A stretch of DNA of 36,375 nt from Candidatus Zixiibacteriota bacterium. Lineage in GTDB: Bacteria > Zixibacteria > MSB-5A5 > GN15 > FEB-12. Below are positions 8,177-17,591 of the stretch, piece by piece. The stretch covers positions 1-36,375 of the forward strand of contig JBGSIV010000228.1 of assembly GCA_041742355.1 (NCBI GenBank), in the 5' to 3' direction. Both the position numbers and the translations under genes were made by a program. The notes below the pieces were generated by a model that was not told the origin of the DNA, ran no database searches, and saw only the letters and a program-made list of their open reading frames with translations. The first letter of the stretch is position 1. Each line of letters begins with the position of its first letter.

Positions 8177-9901
8177 TCAGTCGCTTCGTAAGTACAGCAC
8201 GCGACTGGTCCAGTTGGACAACCATAGGGAGTCACCTGCTACTTCAACCCCATAAGTGATGATCAGATTGCCGTCACCGTCGATAAGCATCAGGTCAAAC
8301 TCGTCCGAAATGGCGTAGTTCGCGTCGCCTTCGTTGCTGGAGAAGTAGCCTCCGCCGAACGATGTCTTCGTGAGCGTCATCTCATACGGGAATCTGGGCT
8401 CTGTTTGTCCATCGTCTCTTCTCCACGTCGCTGCAATCCGATCATTGAGTTCACCGACGGCCTCCTCCCAAGTGGTGGTCCTGAATGACCAGCTGTAAGC
8501 CTCTTTCAGAGTGTGGCCGTACTGATCGGCGATTCCAGTCTCAAGTGTAACCGTGTAGAGCGTGTTCTCGGCCAGTTCAGTCGCCGGAATAAACACTGCC
8601 CGGATTCCATCGACAACGATTTCCCCGGGAATAGATGGCGTGATCCGAAAGGTCGTGGCGTTGACAGTCGCTGGAGCGAGTTCAAGGATGAAGGTCGCCC
8701 TTATCATAGCCTGAAACGGGAGCACTTCGGAGGCTCCATCGACGGGGTCAGTAGCCACGACCCGCAGGTAGCCGTTCCAGAGGGCCGGATCCGTGTTATC
8801 CATGGCCGAATATACCAGGCAGGTATTCCCGTAGCGCAGATCGAACTTACACCTGTCTATAGAGGCGTGCCAGCCGGACAGCCGCACCGGCGTCGGCTCA
8901 GTGATGTCGCACATTGTGCCGTAGAACTCGTCGGCTTTCTCCCAGCTCCACGGTACCAGAACCGTCCGATCGTAGCCGATGCCAGCAAGAGCACCGATGC
9001 TCTTCAACGTTTCCAGCCAGCCAGCAAGGGCACTTGAGCAGGAACTCAAGTATACCACCGGTCTTGTCTGCGCGAAGTACGCCCTCCAATGCTTGGCGGC
9101 GAACTTCGTATTGAAATAGTACTTGGAATACCGCTCGGGTGAAGAACCCTTGACTATTGCAGGAATGAGCGATCGTTCATCCCTGAGGTCAGTTATATAT
9201 TTGATCCACGTCTCGCTATCTTCGACCGGCGTTTCACCAGTCTTTAGATAAACGTGTTCGGGATTCCGCGGATCTTGATCGAATATACTGGAGTGCCCGC
9301 TTATATGGACAATCCCACAGCCTGCGGGATTGGCCATGCGATCGACTGTGCATTCTTCGTCTTTCCACGCCTGCAGCGGATTGTACCCGACTCCAGCCAG
9401 GTCGAGGCTAACGGCATCTATTACTTGCTGGTCTCCGCCTCTCATCTCGGCAAAAGCCGTTGCGAAGTAAACGCAGCTCTTTCCCAGCGGACAGAGCACA
9501 TCCTGCGCCGCAAAAATACCTTGTTCGTATGGATGAGTCTCGTAGTAACTCGATGGGATTGATGCTTCGGGATCGGTGATAATGCAGCTCTTCATCCCCC
9601 ATCGATATTGGATCCACATTCCCTGAAATGTCGTCCAAGCCGTGTCGATCGTGGAATCCTGCAACATGATCGTTATGACGCTATCTTGAACCGTTGCAGA
9701 ATCGAGCGAGACTATCAGACTATCCCAAAGGTCGGAGTATCTGGCCTGCGCGCCAAGCGCAGCGCTAAAGGCAGCTCGATCCTCCGCCCAGGGATCAGAT
9801 GGAGGATCGGTGCCCTTGGAGCAGTTGCACACGGCCATCCCAAGCAGAGCCGACAGAACAGCCGCCGCCCGGATTATATAGAAGACACCTCGCTCCTGCA
9901 T
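8177..9901 (-). CDS. Putative lipoprotein with a clan-CD-peptidase-like central domain, an Ig-like (Big_5/SbsA-type) domain and a C-terminal beta domain
   Basis: Hydrophobic signal with Cys (LLGMAVCNCSKG), HISGHS...YLSSC...GALAGIGY, and P..GA..V....I..TF...L...T.YTVTL..GI.D..G..L...YSWSF.T. ATG at 9901 follows GAAGGGGTG. Confidence 0.7.
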   Translation of the reverse strand: MQERGVFYIIRAAAVLSALLGMAVCNCSKGTDPPSDPWAEDRAAFSAALGAQARYSDLWDSLIVSLDSATVQDSVITIMLQDSTIDTAWTTFQGMWIQYRWGMKSCIITDPEASIPSSYYETHPYEQGIFAAQDVLCPLGKSCVYFATAFAEMRGGDQQVIDAVSLDLAGVGYNPLQAWKDEECTVDRMANPAGCGIVHISGHSSIFDQDPRNPEHVYLKTGETPVEDSETWIKYITDLRDERSLIPAIVKGSSPERYSKYYFNTKFAAKHWRAYFAQTRPVVYLSSCSSALAGWLETLKSIGALAGIGYDRTVLVPWSWEKADEFYGTMCDITEPTPVRLSGWHASIDRCKFDLRYGNTCLVYSAMDNTDPALWNGYLRVVATDPVDGASEVLPFQAMIRATFILELAPATVNATTFRITPSIPGEIVVDGIRAVFIPATELAENTLYTVTLETGIADQYGHTLKEAYSWSFRTTTWEEAVGELNDRIAATWRRDDGQTEPRFPYEMTLTKTSFGGGYFSSNEGDANYAISDEFDLMLIDGDGNLIITYGVEVAGDSLWLSNWTSRVLYLRSD

Positions 9902-10024
9902 GCTCACCCCTTCCGGCTTAACCACATCGTATCACTCTGAAGTAAGAATCCTGCTGTTCGCGCTTCCGCTGCCGACCGGATTCACAGCACCCACCGGTCC
10001 CGCAAACCGCCGTCCGGACAAAGC

Positions 10025-11008
10025 TCACCAGCTCATCAGCACCAACTCGGGGTGGATTCGAAACCGAATCTGCGTATCCCCACCCTCACATAGAAACTCG
10101 TCCTCCTCACCCGCTTTTTCCATCCAGTTGTCACGCCGGTCAGCCTCCACCAGCACTGAGAACCGATTAGATACCGCGAACCGCACGCCCAAACCAAGCG
10201 TGGAGCCAATGGCGAATTCATTCCACATGTGGCTGTTACCGAGCCAGGCCCCGCCCTTCAGTAGGAAGCTGGCGCGGCCGTATGTCCACACCCGACAACG
10301 GAGATCCATTGCACCGGCAAACTCCAGCTCATTATCGTCCGAATACTCCAACGTCCTCTCGTGGCCCAGACCGTCATAGGTCCCACGAACAAACTCTGAA
10401 GTAGATCCTGAGATGTCTCCGCCGATGCAGATCTCCATGCGATCTGAAAACGCAATGCCCAGGGTTAAGCCAACTGCCGGAAGTCCCGCCGCCGCTTGCT
10501 TCTTGAAAGTCGTGGTGCTCCCCGAGAATTCGGTCACACCCTCCTCAGAGCTGGAGCCGCTGGCATATGTCCCCAAGTCCATTGGCTCTGACCAATAACG
10601 GGCAACAGCGACATGAGGAGCAATGTACATCCTTCTATTGCCCCATGATGGCCCCCTGCCGGGCTCCAGCCAACGCAGCACTATGGCATCATCGACTTTA
10701 GGCACCACGGGCGTCCGGTGACGAGACACTTCCATTATGGCCGTATCGCCACTCACGGCCTCCACCCGCAAGAGACCGATCACGTCATGTCGGTCCGAGG
10801 TCTCGGAGCCTCGAGGCGCAATCAACTCGAAGCGATCCCCCTTTCTCACTTCTTTCAGCGACGCCGCGGCGACACCGATACGGTCGCCTGACTTGAACAC
10901 TACTGATGTTTGGACCGTCTCTGTGGTTGCCGCTGATAGGGCGGTCGACAGAAGGAGCAAGATTGCGACCAATGAAGTCGCGCCGAATATCCTCACGGAT
11001 AGTATCAT
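10025..11008 (-). CDS. Secreted hypothetical protein, probable C-terminal outer-membrane beta-barrel
   Basis: Signal peptide, amphipathic beta strands (GLGVRFAVSNRFSVLVEA) and a terminal aromatic W. Confidence 0.6.
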   Translation of the reverse strand: MILSVRIFGATSLVAILLLLSTALSAATTETVQTSVVFKSGDRIGVAAASLKEVRKGDRFELIAPRGSETSDRHDVIGLLRVEAVSGDTAIMEVSRHRTPVVPKVDDAIVLRWLEPGRGPSWGNRRMYIAPHVAVARYWSEPMDLGTYASGSSSEEGVTEFSGSTTTFKKQAAAGLPAVGLTLGIAFSDRMEICIGGDISGSTSEFVRGTYDGLGHERTLEYSDDNELEFAGAMDLRCRVWTYGRASFLLKGGAWLGNSHMWNEFAIGSTLGLGVRFAVSNRFSVLVEADRRDNWMEKAGEEDEFLCEGGDTQIRFRIHPELVLMSW

Positions 11009-11057
11009 CTATTCTGCCTCTCTCGAAATAGTCATGTTGGATAGACAAAGAGACTCG

Positions 11058-11507
11058 TCACCGGATGTACGTCCATCGATCTCCATCATCATCCACAAGT
11101 GTGAGTGTATCCCCAGTCGCGGTGAACCTGATAATGCTAGTCCCGAGATACTTCGGAATTACACCGTCGAGATAGAAGTAGCCACCATACCGGTCTTCGT
11201 AGTACATATCACCACCCGTCACGTAGTGACCTTCGCCGCTCAGATCAAAGTACGGCGGTGCATGCAAGTACCATGAGTAGGATTTGTCGTCATTCAAAGT
11301 GAGTGTGCTCATCGCACCCGTCACCGAATCGAGCGGGGTACCTTCCGCATCAACCGCGCCATCAATGAACTTGGCCGGCCAATCGCCTATGAGATGGTCA
11401 TACGGTCGAGTGTCATCAACACTCTTGTCGGTGCACGATGTCGTCGCAAGTGAGACGGCGAGTACAAGCGCGAACAAGATGGCCGTTCCAATAGGAAAGC
11501 TTCTCAC
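11058..11507 (-). CDS. Small lipoprotein, lipocalin-like beta fold
   Basis: AGGAGG RBS then GTG at 11507; lipobox-like LATTSC, LIGDW, and TGDTLTLVDDDG. Confidence 0.7.
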   Translation of the reverse strand: MRSFPIGTAILFALVLAVSLATTSCTDKSVDDTRPYDHLIGDWPAKFIDGAVDAEGTPLDSVTGAMSTLTLNDDKSYSWYLHAPPYFDLSGEGHYVTGGDMYYEDRYGGYFYLDGVIPKYLGTSIIRFTATGDTLTLVDDDGDRWTYIR

Positions 11508-11638
11508 GGTTGACCTCCTGCAAGGCTGAAGAATTGGGTTTGCTTGCGATATTGATCGCTCTGGCTTCCTGCGTTCTTTCGATGAAATATGGGTTAGCAG
11601 CCTGCGCGCTACCACTCCAACAGTCCACTACGCGCTGA

Positions 11639-11667
11639 ATTCTAAGTTCTCCTCCAAGAAATGTCAA
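11639..11667 (-). promoter_or_regulatory. Near-consensus sigma70 promoter driving the three-gene envelope islet
   Basis: Minus strand TTGACA-17nt-TAGAAT. Confidence 0.75.
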
Positions 11668-11841
11668 GGCAAAATCGACAACTTAGGCGGCATTCAACAT
11701 TGATTTCACCGCGGGTATGTTGACTCATCCTGGCCGCGCTCTGCTACACAACCTCTATCCGAAAGACACCGAAGCCGAGTAGTCCAAGATCCCTACGCTC
11801 TTTCCCCCTCCCGGCCGCGCCCCGCGACCTATCCTGGACTT

Positions 11842-11902
11842 CAAAATCACTAGCAAACCGACAGAGATTGAGGGTCGGTCCACGGTAAGTAGAAGACAGA
11901 GT
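11842..11902 (+). repeat. 61-bp dispersed element, copy 1 (copy 2 at 21602-21662)
   Basis: Ungapped alignment with 46/61 identities counted by hand. Confidence 0.8.
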
Positions 11903-12092
11903 GTAGAGGCGTCGCGTCCGGCTCCCGCCGTCCGCGCCCACAAAGGAGGACCATGCGATGCCGCCGATTTTTGCGAAACGAACCCAATTTGTGTGGATGC
12001 GTCACCGCGTGACCGATATCCCGGGTGGTCGGTGCGGCCCCTTCGGGGTGACACAAGGCCACCCCCTGCGGGTGCGGGAGAAGATTCGTGCC

Positions 12093-12481
12093 GTGCGCGG
12101 CGGATGTCCGCACCTGCCGCGAGAACGATCGAACGAACCCAATTCTCCTCCGTCCCCCTTCGACTACGCTCAGGGTGACGGGTAAGGGACGGCTTTGGGC
12201 GACTGGTAAGGGAAAGGCCCAGGGTGACTCCTCACCGTCATGCTGAGCCTCCCGACCGTCATGCTGAGCGGAGTCGAAGCATGACGGGGAAACTGCCCCA
12301 AACGAACCCAATCCGCCCCCGTCCCCCTTCGACTACGCTCAGGGTGACGGGGAAGGGAAGGGTTCAGGTTAACGGGTATTGGGTGGGAGGGTATAGGGTG
12401 ACTCTTGACCGTCATGCTGAGCCTCCCAACCGTCATGCTGAGCCTCCCAACCGTCATGCTGAGCGTAGTCGAAGCATGACG
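12093..12481. repeat. Composite repeat region: a GTGC hairpin plus two tandem ~155-180 nt modules (AACGAACCCAA + inverted GTCA-family hairpins)
   Basis: Modules 12131-12286 and 12300-12481 share aacgaacccaat..ccgtcccccttcgactacgctcagggtgacggg..agggtgactc..accgtcatgctgagcctccc..gtcgaagcatgacg. Confidence 0.85.
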
Positions 12482-12549
12482 AAGCCCCCAACGACAAAGG
12501 CCGAAACCTCACGGCCCCGGCCTCACCTAACCTATTGCACCCCTTGTGC

Positions 12550-13008
12550 TTACTCCCCCGACTTCCGCTCCTGCAGAATCTCCTCCGCCAGCGACAACGC
12601 CACCCCCGACAACATCACCTCCACCCCCAACTGCGTAAAATCACTGGAGATAAGGTCCCGGTCGATCGCCGCATACTGCGAGCACGACGCCCCCCGCTCG
12701 ACCACCAGCCCGCTGAGGCGCTCCGAGGTCTCCGCCACAAACGTCACCTCCCCCAGCTCCTCCGACACCACATACCCGGTGACATTGTGGAGCTGCAGGT
12801 GGCTGTTGCCGGCATACACGACCACGAGCATCCCGCGATGTTTCCCGAGCGCGGTCTCGGGATAAATCTCGAGCACGAGCGCCCGGCGTTCCTCGTGGTT
12901 CTCAACCTTGAACCGGTAATGGTCCGCCGTGAATGTCGTGCGCTCCGCCCCGATGATCGATGCCACCTTGTCGGCATCCGCCTGGGTAAATGTCGTCGTC
13001 TTGGTCAT
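12550..13008 (-). CDS. Hypothetical protein
   Basis: 152-aa ORF with host codon usage; GAGG upstream of ATG 13008; no recognised motif. Confidence 0.75.
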   Translation of the reverse strand: MTKTTTFTQADADKVASIIGAERTTFTADHYRFKVENHEERRALVLEIYPETALGKHRGMLVVVYAGNSHLQLHNVTGYVVSEELGEVTFVAETSERLSGLVVERGASCSQYAAIDRDLISSDFTQLGVEVMLSGVALSLAEEILQERKSGE

Positions 13009-13063
13009 CGCCGTGCCTCTGTCGTGCCTTTGTGCCGTGCCGTCGTTTCGTGCCTTCGTTCCC

Positions 13064-13225
13064 GTCAAACACGCAGAGCCGTGTTTGACCTACCTTGCTT
13101 ACATCCTGGTGGCCCACCATTCATGGTGGGATCTTCGTTCCTTGTAGGTCAGGACCCTTGCGGTCCTGACATTGACTTACGCGAACCTCTCGCCTCCGTC
13201 ACCCTTCGACTCCGCTCAGGGTGAC
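13064..13225. repeat. REP-like hairpin mosaic
   Basis: Inverted GTAGGTCAAACAC.. 13064-13093, GTGGCCCACCATTCATGGTGGG 13109-13130, GTAGGTCAGGACC..CCTGAC 13144-13170, and GTCACCCTTCGACTCCGCTCAGGGTGAC 13198-13225. Confidence 0.85.
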
Positions 13226-13229
13226 GATC

Positions 13230-13553
13230 CTACCTTCTCTCCTCCGGCCGGTCATCCCGACGGTCACCGGCCGTACGATCCTCCGGACGATCATCGCGCG
13301 GACGGTCGTCTTTCGGACGGTCATCCCGTGGACGATCGTATGGCCGCTCCCCCTGCTTCGCCCGATTGTAATCGCGCGTCCCTTCGTTATCCAGCGAGCC
13401 CTTTACTTCCTCGGTCGAGTCCTTGATGGCCCGCTTGAACTCCCGGATTCCCTTGCCCAGCCCCTGGGCAATCTCCGGCAGCCGCTTCGCCCCGAAAAGC
13501 AGCAGCACTATGATGAAGATGAGCAGCAGCTCCTGCCAGCCTATTCCGAACAT
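13230..13553 (-). CDS. tatA: Twin-arginine translocase TatA/TatE subunit with a repetitive DDRP tail
   Basis: [49 protein letters not shown]. Confidence 0.95.
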   Translation of the reverse strand: MFGIGWQELLLIFIIVLLLFGAKRLPEIAQGLGKGIREFKRAIKDSTEEVKGSLDNEGTRDYNRAKQGERPYDRPRDDRPKDDRPRDDRPEDRTAGDRRDDRPEERR

Positions 13554-13594
13554 ACCGACCGCGCTCCTTCAAAGAGTTATCGATGGCGCCACGA

Positions 13595-13861
13595 TCACAA
13601 GTACCACCATCTAAAGTATATGATCACCAGCAACAGCACAAGCACCGACATGAAGTTGACCTTCAGCTTCAGCCCGAACGTGAATGCTATCGCGTAGAAA
13701 TCGACCCGGAACGTGTCCACGCCGATCTCGATATTCTTCCCGAACACCGTCTTGGCCGCTCCCGGCGGCAACAGCTCGGCGACCACCTCTCCGATCAGCC
13801 CGCCGACCACCGCGCCGAGAATCAGCGCGACCAGGATAAACGTGACTTCCCGTTTTTTCAT
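13595..13861 (-). CDS. Small two-helix membrane protein (DUF4321-like)
   Basis: [14 protein letters not shown] and [19 protein letters not shown] overlap with the purQ stop. Confidence 0.8.
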   Translation of the reverse strand: MKKREVTFILVALILGAVVGGLIGEVVAELLPPGAAKTVFGKNIEIGVDTFRVDFYAIAFTFGLKLKVNFMSVLVLLLVIIYFRWWYL

Positions 13862-14565
13862 CGGCCGGCCACCGTCGTTTTGACCGCGGCCATGATCGAC
13901 TCAAATATCTTCAGCCCGTCCGCCGATCCGAGAATCGGTTCCACCGCCCGCTCCGGGTGCGGCATCATGCCGAGCACGTTCCCCTCGGCGTTGGTGATCC
14001 CGGCAATGCCGTGCACCGACCCGTTCGGGTTCGCCCCGGGCGTGAGCGCCCCGGATCGGTCGCAGTACCGGAAGAGGACCTGCCCGTTATCTTCGAGCTT
14101 CTGAATGTCGCCGTCGAAATTGTAGTAGTTCCCCTCGCCGTGCGCGATCGGGATCATGAGCACTTCGCCGCGCATGCAGGCGCGCGTGAACGGGCTGCTC
14201 GTGTGTTCCACCCGGAGATAGACCTGCTTGCAGGAAAACCGAAGGTGCTCGTTGCGCATCAGCGCTCCCGGCAACAGGCCGCTCTCGGTCAGGACCTGGA
14301 ATCCGTTGCATATCCCGATCACCAACCCGCCCGAGTGGGCGAAACTGATCACCTGTTCCATGATCGGCGAGAAGCGCGCGATCGCTCCCGCCCGAAGGTA
14401 ATCGCCGTAGGCGAACCCGCCGGGCAATATCACGATATCGCTGGCCATCAGGTCGGTCGACTTGTGCCAGAGAAAATTGACCTCTTCACCGAGGACATGC
14501 CGGACCGCCGCGTAGGCGTCGTAGTCACAGTTGGATCCCGGGAATGTCACGACTCCGAACTTCAT
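13858..14565 (-). CDS. purQ: Phosphoribosylformylglycinamidine synthase glutaminase subunit PurQ
   Basis: [33 protein letters not shown] and MMPHPER. Confidence 0.98.
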   Translation of the reverse strand: MKFGVVTFPGSNCDYDAYAAVRHVLGEEVNFLWHKSTDLMASDIVILPGGFAYGDYLRAGAIARFSPIMEQVISFAHSGGLVIGICNGFQVLTESGLLPGALMRNEHLRFSCKQVYLRVEHTSSPFTRACMRGEVLMIPIAHGEGNYYNFDGDIQKLEDNGQVLFRYCDRSGALTPGANPNGSVHGIAGITNAEGNVLGMMPHPERAVEPILGSADGLKIFESIMAAVKTTVAGR

Positions 14566-14813
14566 CAGACTTTCTCCACCCGGTAGCTCTCGATCACCGG
14601 GTTCGCCAGGAGTTTCGAGCAGACCTCGTCGATTTTGCGGTCGATATCGGCCGCGCCGCCTTCGACTTCCAGTTCGAAGAACCGGCCGGTGCGGACCGAG
14701 AGAAAATCGCTGTAGCCCATCTGGTTCAGCGCCTTCTGGATCGTCGCACCCTGCGGGTCGAGCACGCCCTCTTTGAGCCGTACGTACACCACGGCCTTTT
14801 TGTTACTCGTCAT
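14565..14813 (-). CDS. purS: Phosphoribosylformylglycinamidine synthase subunit PurS
   Basis: VLDPQG and LLANPVIE. Confidence 0.97.
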   Translation of the reverse strand: MTSNKKAVVYVRLKEGVLDPQGATIQKALNQMGYSDFLSVRTGRFFELEVEGGAADIDRKIDEVCSKLLANPVIESYRVEKV

Positions 14814-15603
14814 GAACCTCTTTCCTGTCGCTCTGGTCTGGCCGGTCGGTCTTGCGCCGTCCGTAGGGACGCTGACCGTTGGCGCCCTGGCGCCCGGTCA
14901 CCCGCCCCACCCCGGCGTAGGCCAACCGGTAGAGTTCTCGAATCATGCCCTGCAATATATACAGGGCCATTACGGGAAACAACAACAGTCTCGGCTGGAT
15001 GATCGCCAGGACCCCGGCCAGTACCAGCACCACCAGCTTCACGCGGGCCTGGAACGAATCGAAATGATCCGGGAGCGCGTCATACTGAACCTGTGATACC
15101 ATGAGAAACGCGAACAGCACGATCATCGACACCAGCCACTCGGAGTACTCAAGCTGTCCCCACATCCGGTCGCTGAAAATGATAAACGCCACCAGCGTCA
15201 GCGCCGCGGCCGGCACCGGCAAGCCGAGGAAATCCTTCTTCTCTTCGGCGTCGGCCATCAGGTTGTACCGGGCCAGGCGGTAGGCCGCCGCCATGATGTA
15301 CACGATCGAGATAACCCAGCCCCATTTCCCGAGCGTGTTGAGCTTGATCGAGTACACGAGCACCGCCGGCGCCACCCCGAACGAGAGGAAATCCGCCAGC
15401 GAGTCGAGCTCTATCCCGAACTGGCTCGTGGCGCCCGAAAGCCGCGCCACCTTGCCATCGAGTGCGTCGAGAAATCCGGCCAGCACGATAAACCAGCAGC
15501 CGGCGATAATATTCCCCTCGAACGCCGAGAGAATCGACAGGAACCCCGCGACCACATTCCCCATGGTGAACGTGCCGGGAACGAGCCCTCTATAGGTGGT
15601 CAT
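14803..15603 (-). CDS. pssA: CDP-diacylglycerol--serine O-phosphatidyltransferase
   Basis: DALDGKVAR..S.FGIELDSLADFLSFGVAP, RLARYN and FLGLPVP; adjacent to psd. Confidence 0.93.
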   Translation of the reverse strand: MTTYRGLVPGTFTMGNVVAGFLSILSAFEGNIIAGCWFIVLAGFLDALDGKVARLSGATSQFGIELDSLADFLSFGVAPAVLVYSIKLNTLGKWGWVISIVYIMAAAYRLARYNLMADAEEKKDFLGLPVPAAALTLVAFIIFSDRMWGQLEYSEWLVSMIVLFAFLMVSQVQYDALPDHFDSFQARVKLVVLVLAGVLAIIQPRLLLFPVMALYILQGMIRELYRLAYAGVGRVTGRQGANGQRPYGRRKTDRPDQSDRKEVHDE

Positions 15604-16294
15604 CGTCCTCCATCACTTCCTGCGGGACCGTGACATCGGCCGCGGCTCCGGACTTCACTGCCATGATCGTTTCGCCGCCGGTGACCCTGTCGCCTATCTT
15701 GACCTTGATGGGCCAGTCGGCCGGAACCGTCAGATCGGTCCGCGACCCGAATCGGATCAGCCCGAACAGATCACCCGTCCGCACCTGGTTCCCTTCCTCG
15801 AGACGGCACACAATGCGACGGGCAATCAGCCCGGCAATCTGCGCGAAAGTCAGCCGCTGCCCATCCGGGGTCGTCATCCCGACCTCGGTCTGTTCGTTCA
15901 GCTCCGAGGCCTTGTCATGAAACGCCGCCAGAAACTTGCCGGGATTGTATTTGACATAGTTGACGACACCCGAGGTCGGCACACGATTGACATGGACATC
16001 GAAAACACTGAGAAAGATCGACACCCGCACCGCGGGGCCGCCGATAAACGGATGATCCTCAATCCGGGTGATCGCGACCACTTTGCCGTCGGCCGGCGCT
16101 ACAACTGCGAGTGGATCGGTGGGAATCGTTCGGGGGGGGTTGCGGAAAAAGAAAGCCGTGAACAATGTCAGCGCGCCGAATACCGCCGCCAGGATAATGA
16201 GCGTCAGGCTGCTCCAGCGCAACGCTCCCAGGAGCATCAGACCCGTCACCACAAGCCCGATCAGGATAAACGGCCAGCCGTCGCGAACAATCAC
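15590..16294 (-). CDS. psd: Phosphatidylserine decarboxylase proenzyme (PSD-A type)
   Basis: FFRNPPR, APADGKV, IFLSVFDVHVNR, QIAGLIARRI and the cleavage motif RFGSR. Confidence 0.95.
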   Translation of the reverse strand: MIVRDGWPFILIGLVVTGLMLLGALRWSSLTLIILAAVFGALTLFTAFFFRNPPRTIPTDPLAVVAPADGKVVAITRIEDHPFIGGPAVRVSIFLSVFDVHVNRVPTSGVVNYVKYNPGKFLAAFHDKASELNEQTEVGMTTPDGQRLTFAQIAGLIARRIVCRLEEGNQVRTGDLFGLIRFGSRTDLTVPADWPIKVKIGDRVTGGETIMAVKSGAAADVTVPQEVMEDDDHL

Positions 16295-17586
16295 TTGCTG
16301 AACACCCGTTTGAAGATTTTGTCTACGTTCCTGGTGTAGTAGCCGAGATCGAAGCAGCGGTCGATTTCTTTTTCCGACAGATGCTCTCTGATCTCTCTAT
16401 CATCTTTAACAAGCTGACGGAATGATCCGTTCGATGCCACGGCCGACATTGCGTTGCGCTGCACCATGCGATAAGCGGTATCGCGCGTCCCGACCAGTTC
16501 TGTCAGGCGCAGCAGAAGCCGCTGGGAAAACACGACGCCGCCGCGGTAATTGATATTCTCCAGCATTCGCTCTTCATCGACCACAATCCCCTCAAGTACG
16601 CCGATGAACTTCTGCAGGGCGTAGTCCGAGATGATACAGGCATCGGGCAGAATCACCCGTTCGACCGACGAATGCGCGATATCCCGCTCGTGCCAGAGGG
16701 GAATATTCTCCATTGCGCTCACCGCGTACCCGCGCAGCAGCCGGGCGATCCCACAGATCCGCTCCGCCGTGATCGGGTTCTTCTTGTGCGGCATCGCCGA
16801 CGATCCCTTCTGTTTCGCACCGAACCCCTCCATCATCTCCCCCGTTTCGGTGCGCTGCAGCAGGCGAATCTCCGTCGCGAACTTCTCCAGCGACGATCCC
16901 AGCAGCGCCAGCGAGGTCACGAAGTGCGCGTGACGGTCCCGCTGCAGTACCTGCGTCGACACCGGCGCCGCTTTGAGCCCGAGGCGCTTGCAGACCATCG
17001 TCTCAATCTTTGGATCCAGGTTGGCGAAGTTCCCAACCGCTCCCGATATCTTCCCGACCGACACCGCCTCGGCGGCATCCTTGAATCGCTGGCGGGCCCG
17101 GTCAAGTTCGGTATACCAGACCGCGAACTTCAATCCGAGCGTGGTCGGCTCGGCAAATACCCCGTGGGTCCGCCCCATCACCGGGGTCATCTTGTACTTC
17201 AGCGCCAGCCTCTTGATCTGCTTGAGCGCCGTCTCGATCTTCTTGTCGATCACCGCCGCCGACCGCTTGAGCTGGAGCGAGAGCGCGGTGTCGAGCATGT
17301 CCGACGACGTCATGCCGAAGTGCATGTACTTGGCGTCCTCGCCCACACACTCGGCCACTGATGTCAGGAACGCGATCACGTCGTGGTTGACCTCGGCCTC
17401 GATCTGGTTGACCCGATCGACATCGAAATCCGCCTTCTTTTCGATCGTCGCGAACGCCTTTTCGGGAATGATCTTGTAGTGGGCCATCGCCCGCGCCGCT
17501 TCCACCTCGACTTCGAGCCACGTACGGTACTTGGCCTCGTCTGACCACAGCGCGCCCATCTCCGGGAGTGTATACCGTTCTATCAT
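16291..17586 (-). CDS. purB: Adenylosuccinate lyase
   Basis: MIERY, HDVIAF, GRTHG and GSSAMPHKKNP. Confidence 0.98.
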   Translation of the reverse strand: MIERYTLPEMGALWSDEAKYRTWLEVEVEAARAMAHYKIIPEKAFATIEKKADFDVDRVNQIEAEVNHDVIAFLTSVAECVGEDAKYMHFGMTSSDMLDTALSLQLKRSAAVIDKKIETALKQIKRLALKYKMTPVMGRTHGVFAEPTTLGLKFAVWYTELDRARQRFKDAAEAVSVGKISGAVGNFANLDPKIETMVCKRLGLKAAPVSTQVLQRDRHAHFVTSLALLGSSLEKFATEIRLLQRTETGEMMEGFGAKQKGSSAMPHKKNPITAERICGIARLLRGYAVSAMENIPLWHERDIAHSSVERVILPDACIISDYALQKFIGVLEGIVVDEERMLENINYRGGVVFSQRLLLRLTELVGTRDTAYRMVQRNAMSAVASNGSFRQLVKDDREIREHLSEKEIDRCFDLGYYTRNVDKIFKRVFSK

Positions 17587-17591
17587 GACCG

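Noticed and set aside
9930..10027. Selenocysteine or read-through at the TGA of the 10025-11008 ORF
   Set aside because: The protein ends in a plausible barrel-terminal Trp, the downstream frame is short and not protein-like, and no redox motif is present.
11850..11900. c-di-GMP-I riboswitch (GCAAAC start), also considered at 21345-21410 and 21612
   Set aside because: No GNRA-capped P1 followed by GACGCAAAGC and no recognisable P2.
11850..12865. ORFs crossing the repeat region (11850-12311, 12170-12457, 12224-12865; likewise 19295-19719 and 21465-22244)
   Set aside because: Composed of translated repeats (RHAERSRS, QTNP, KRTQ) with no coding-like composition.
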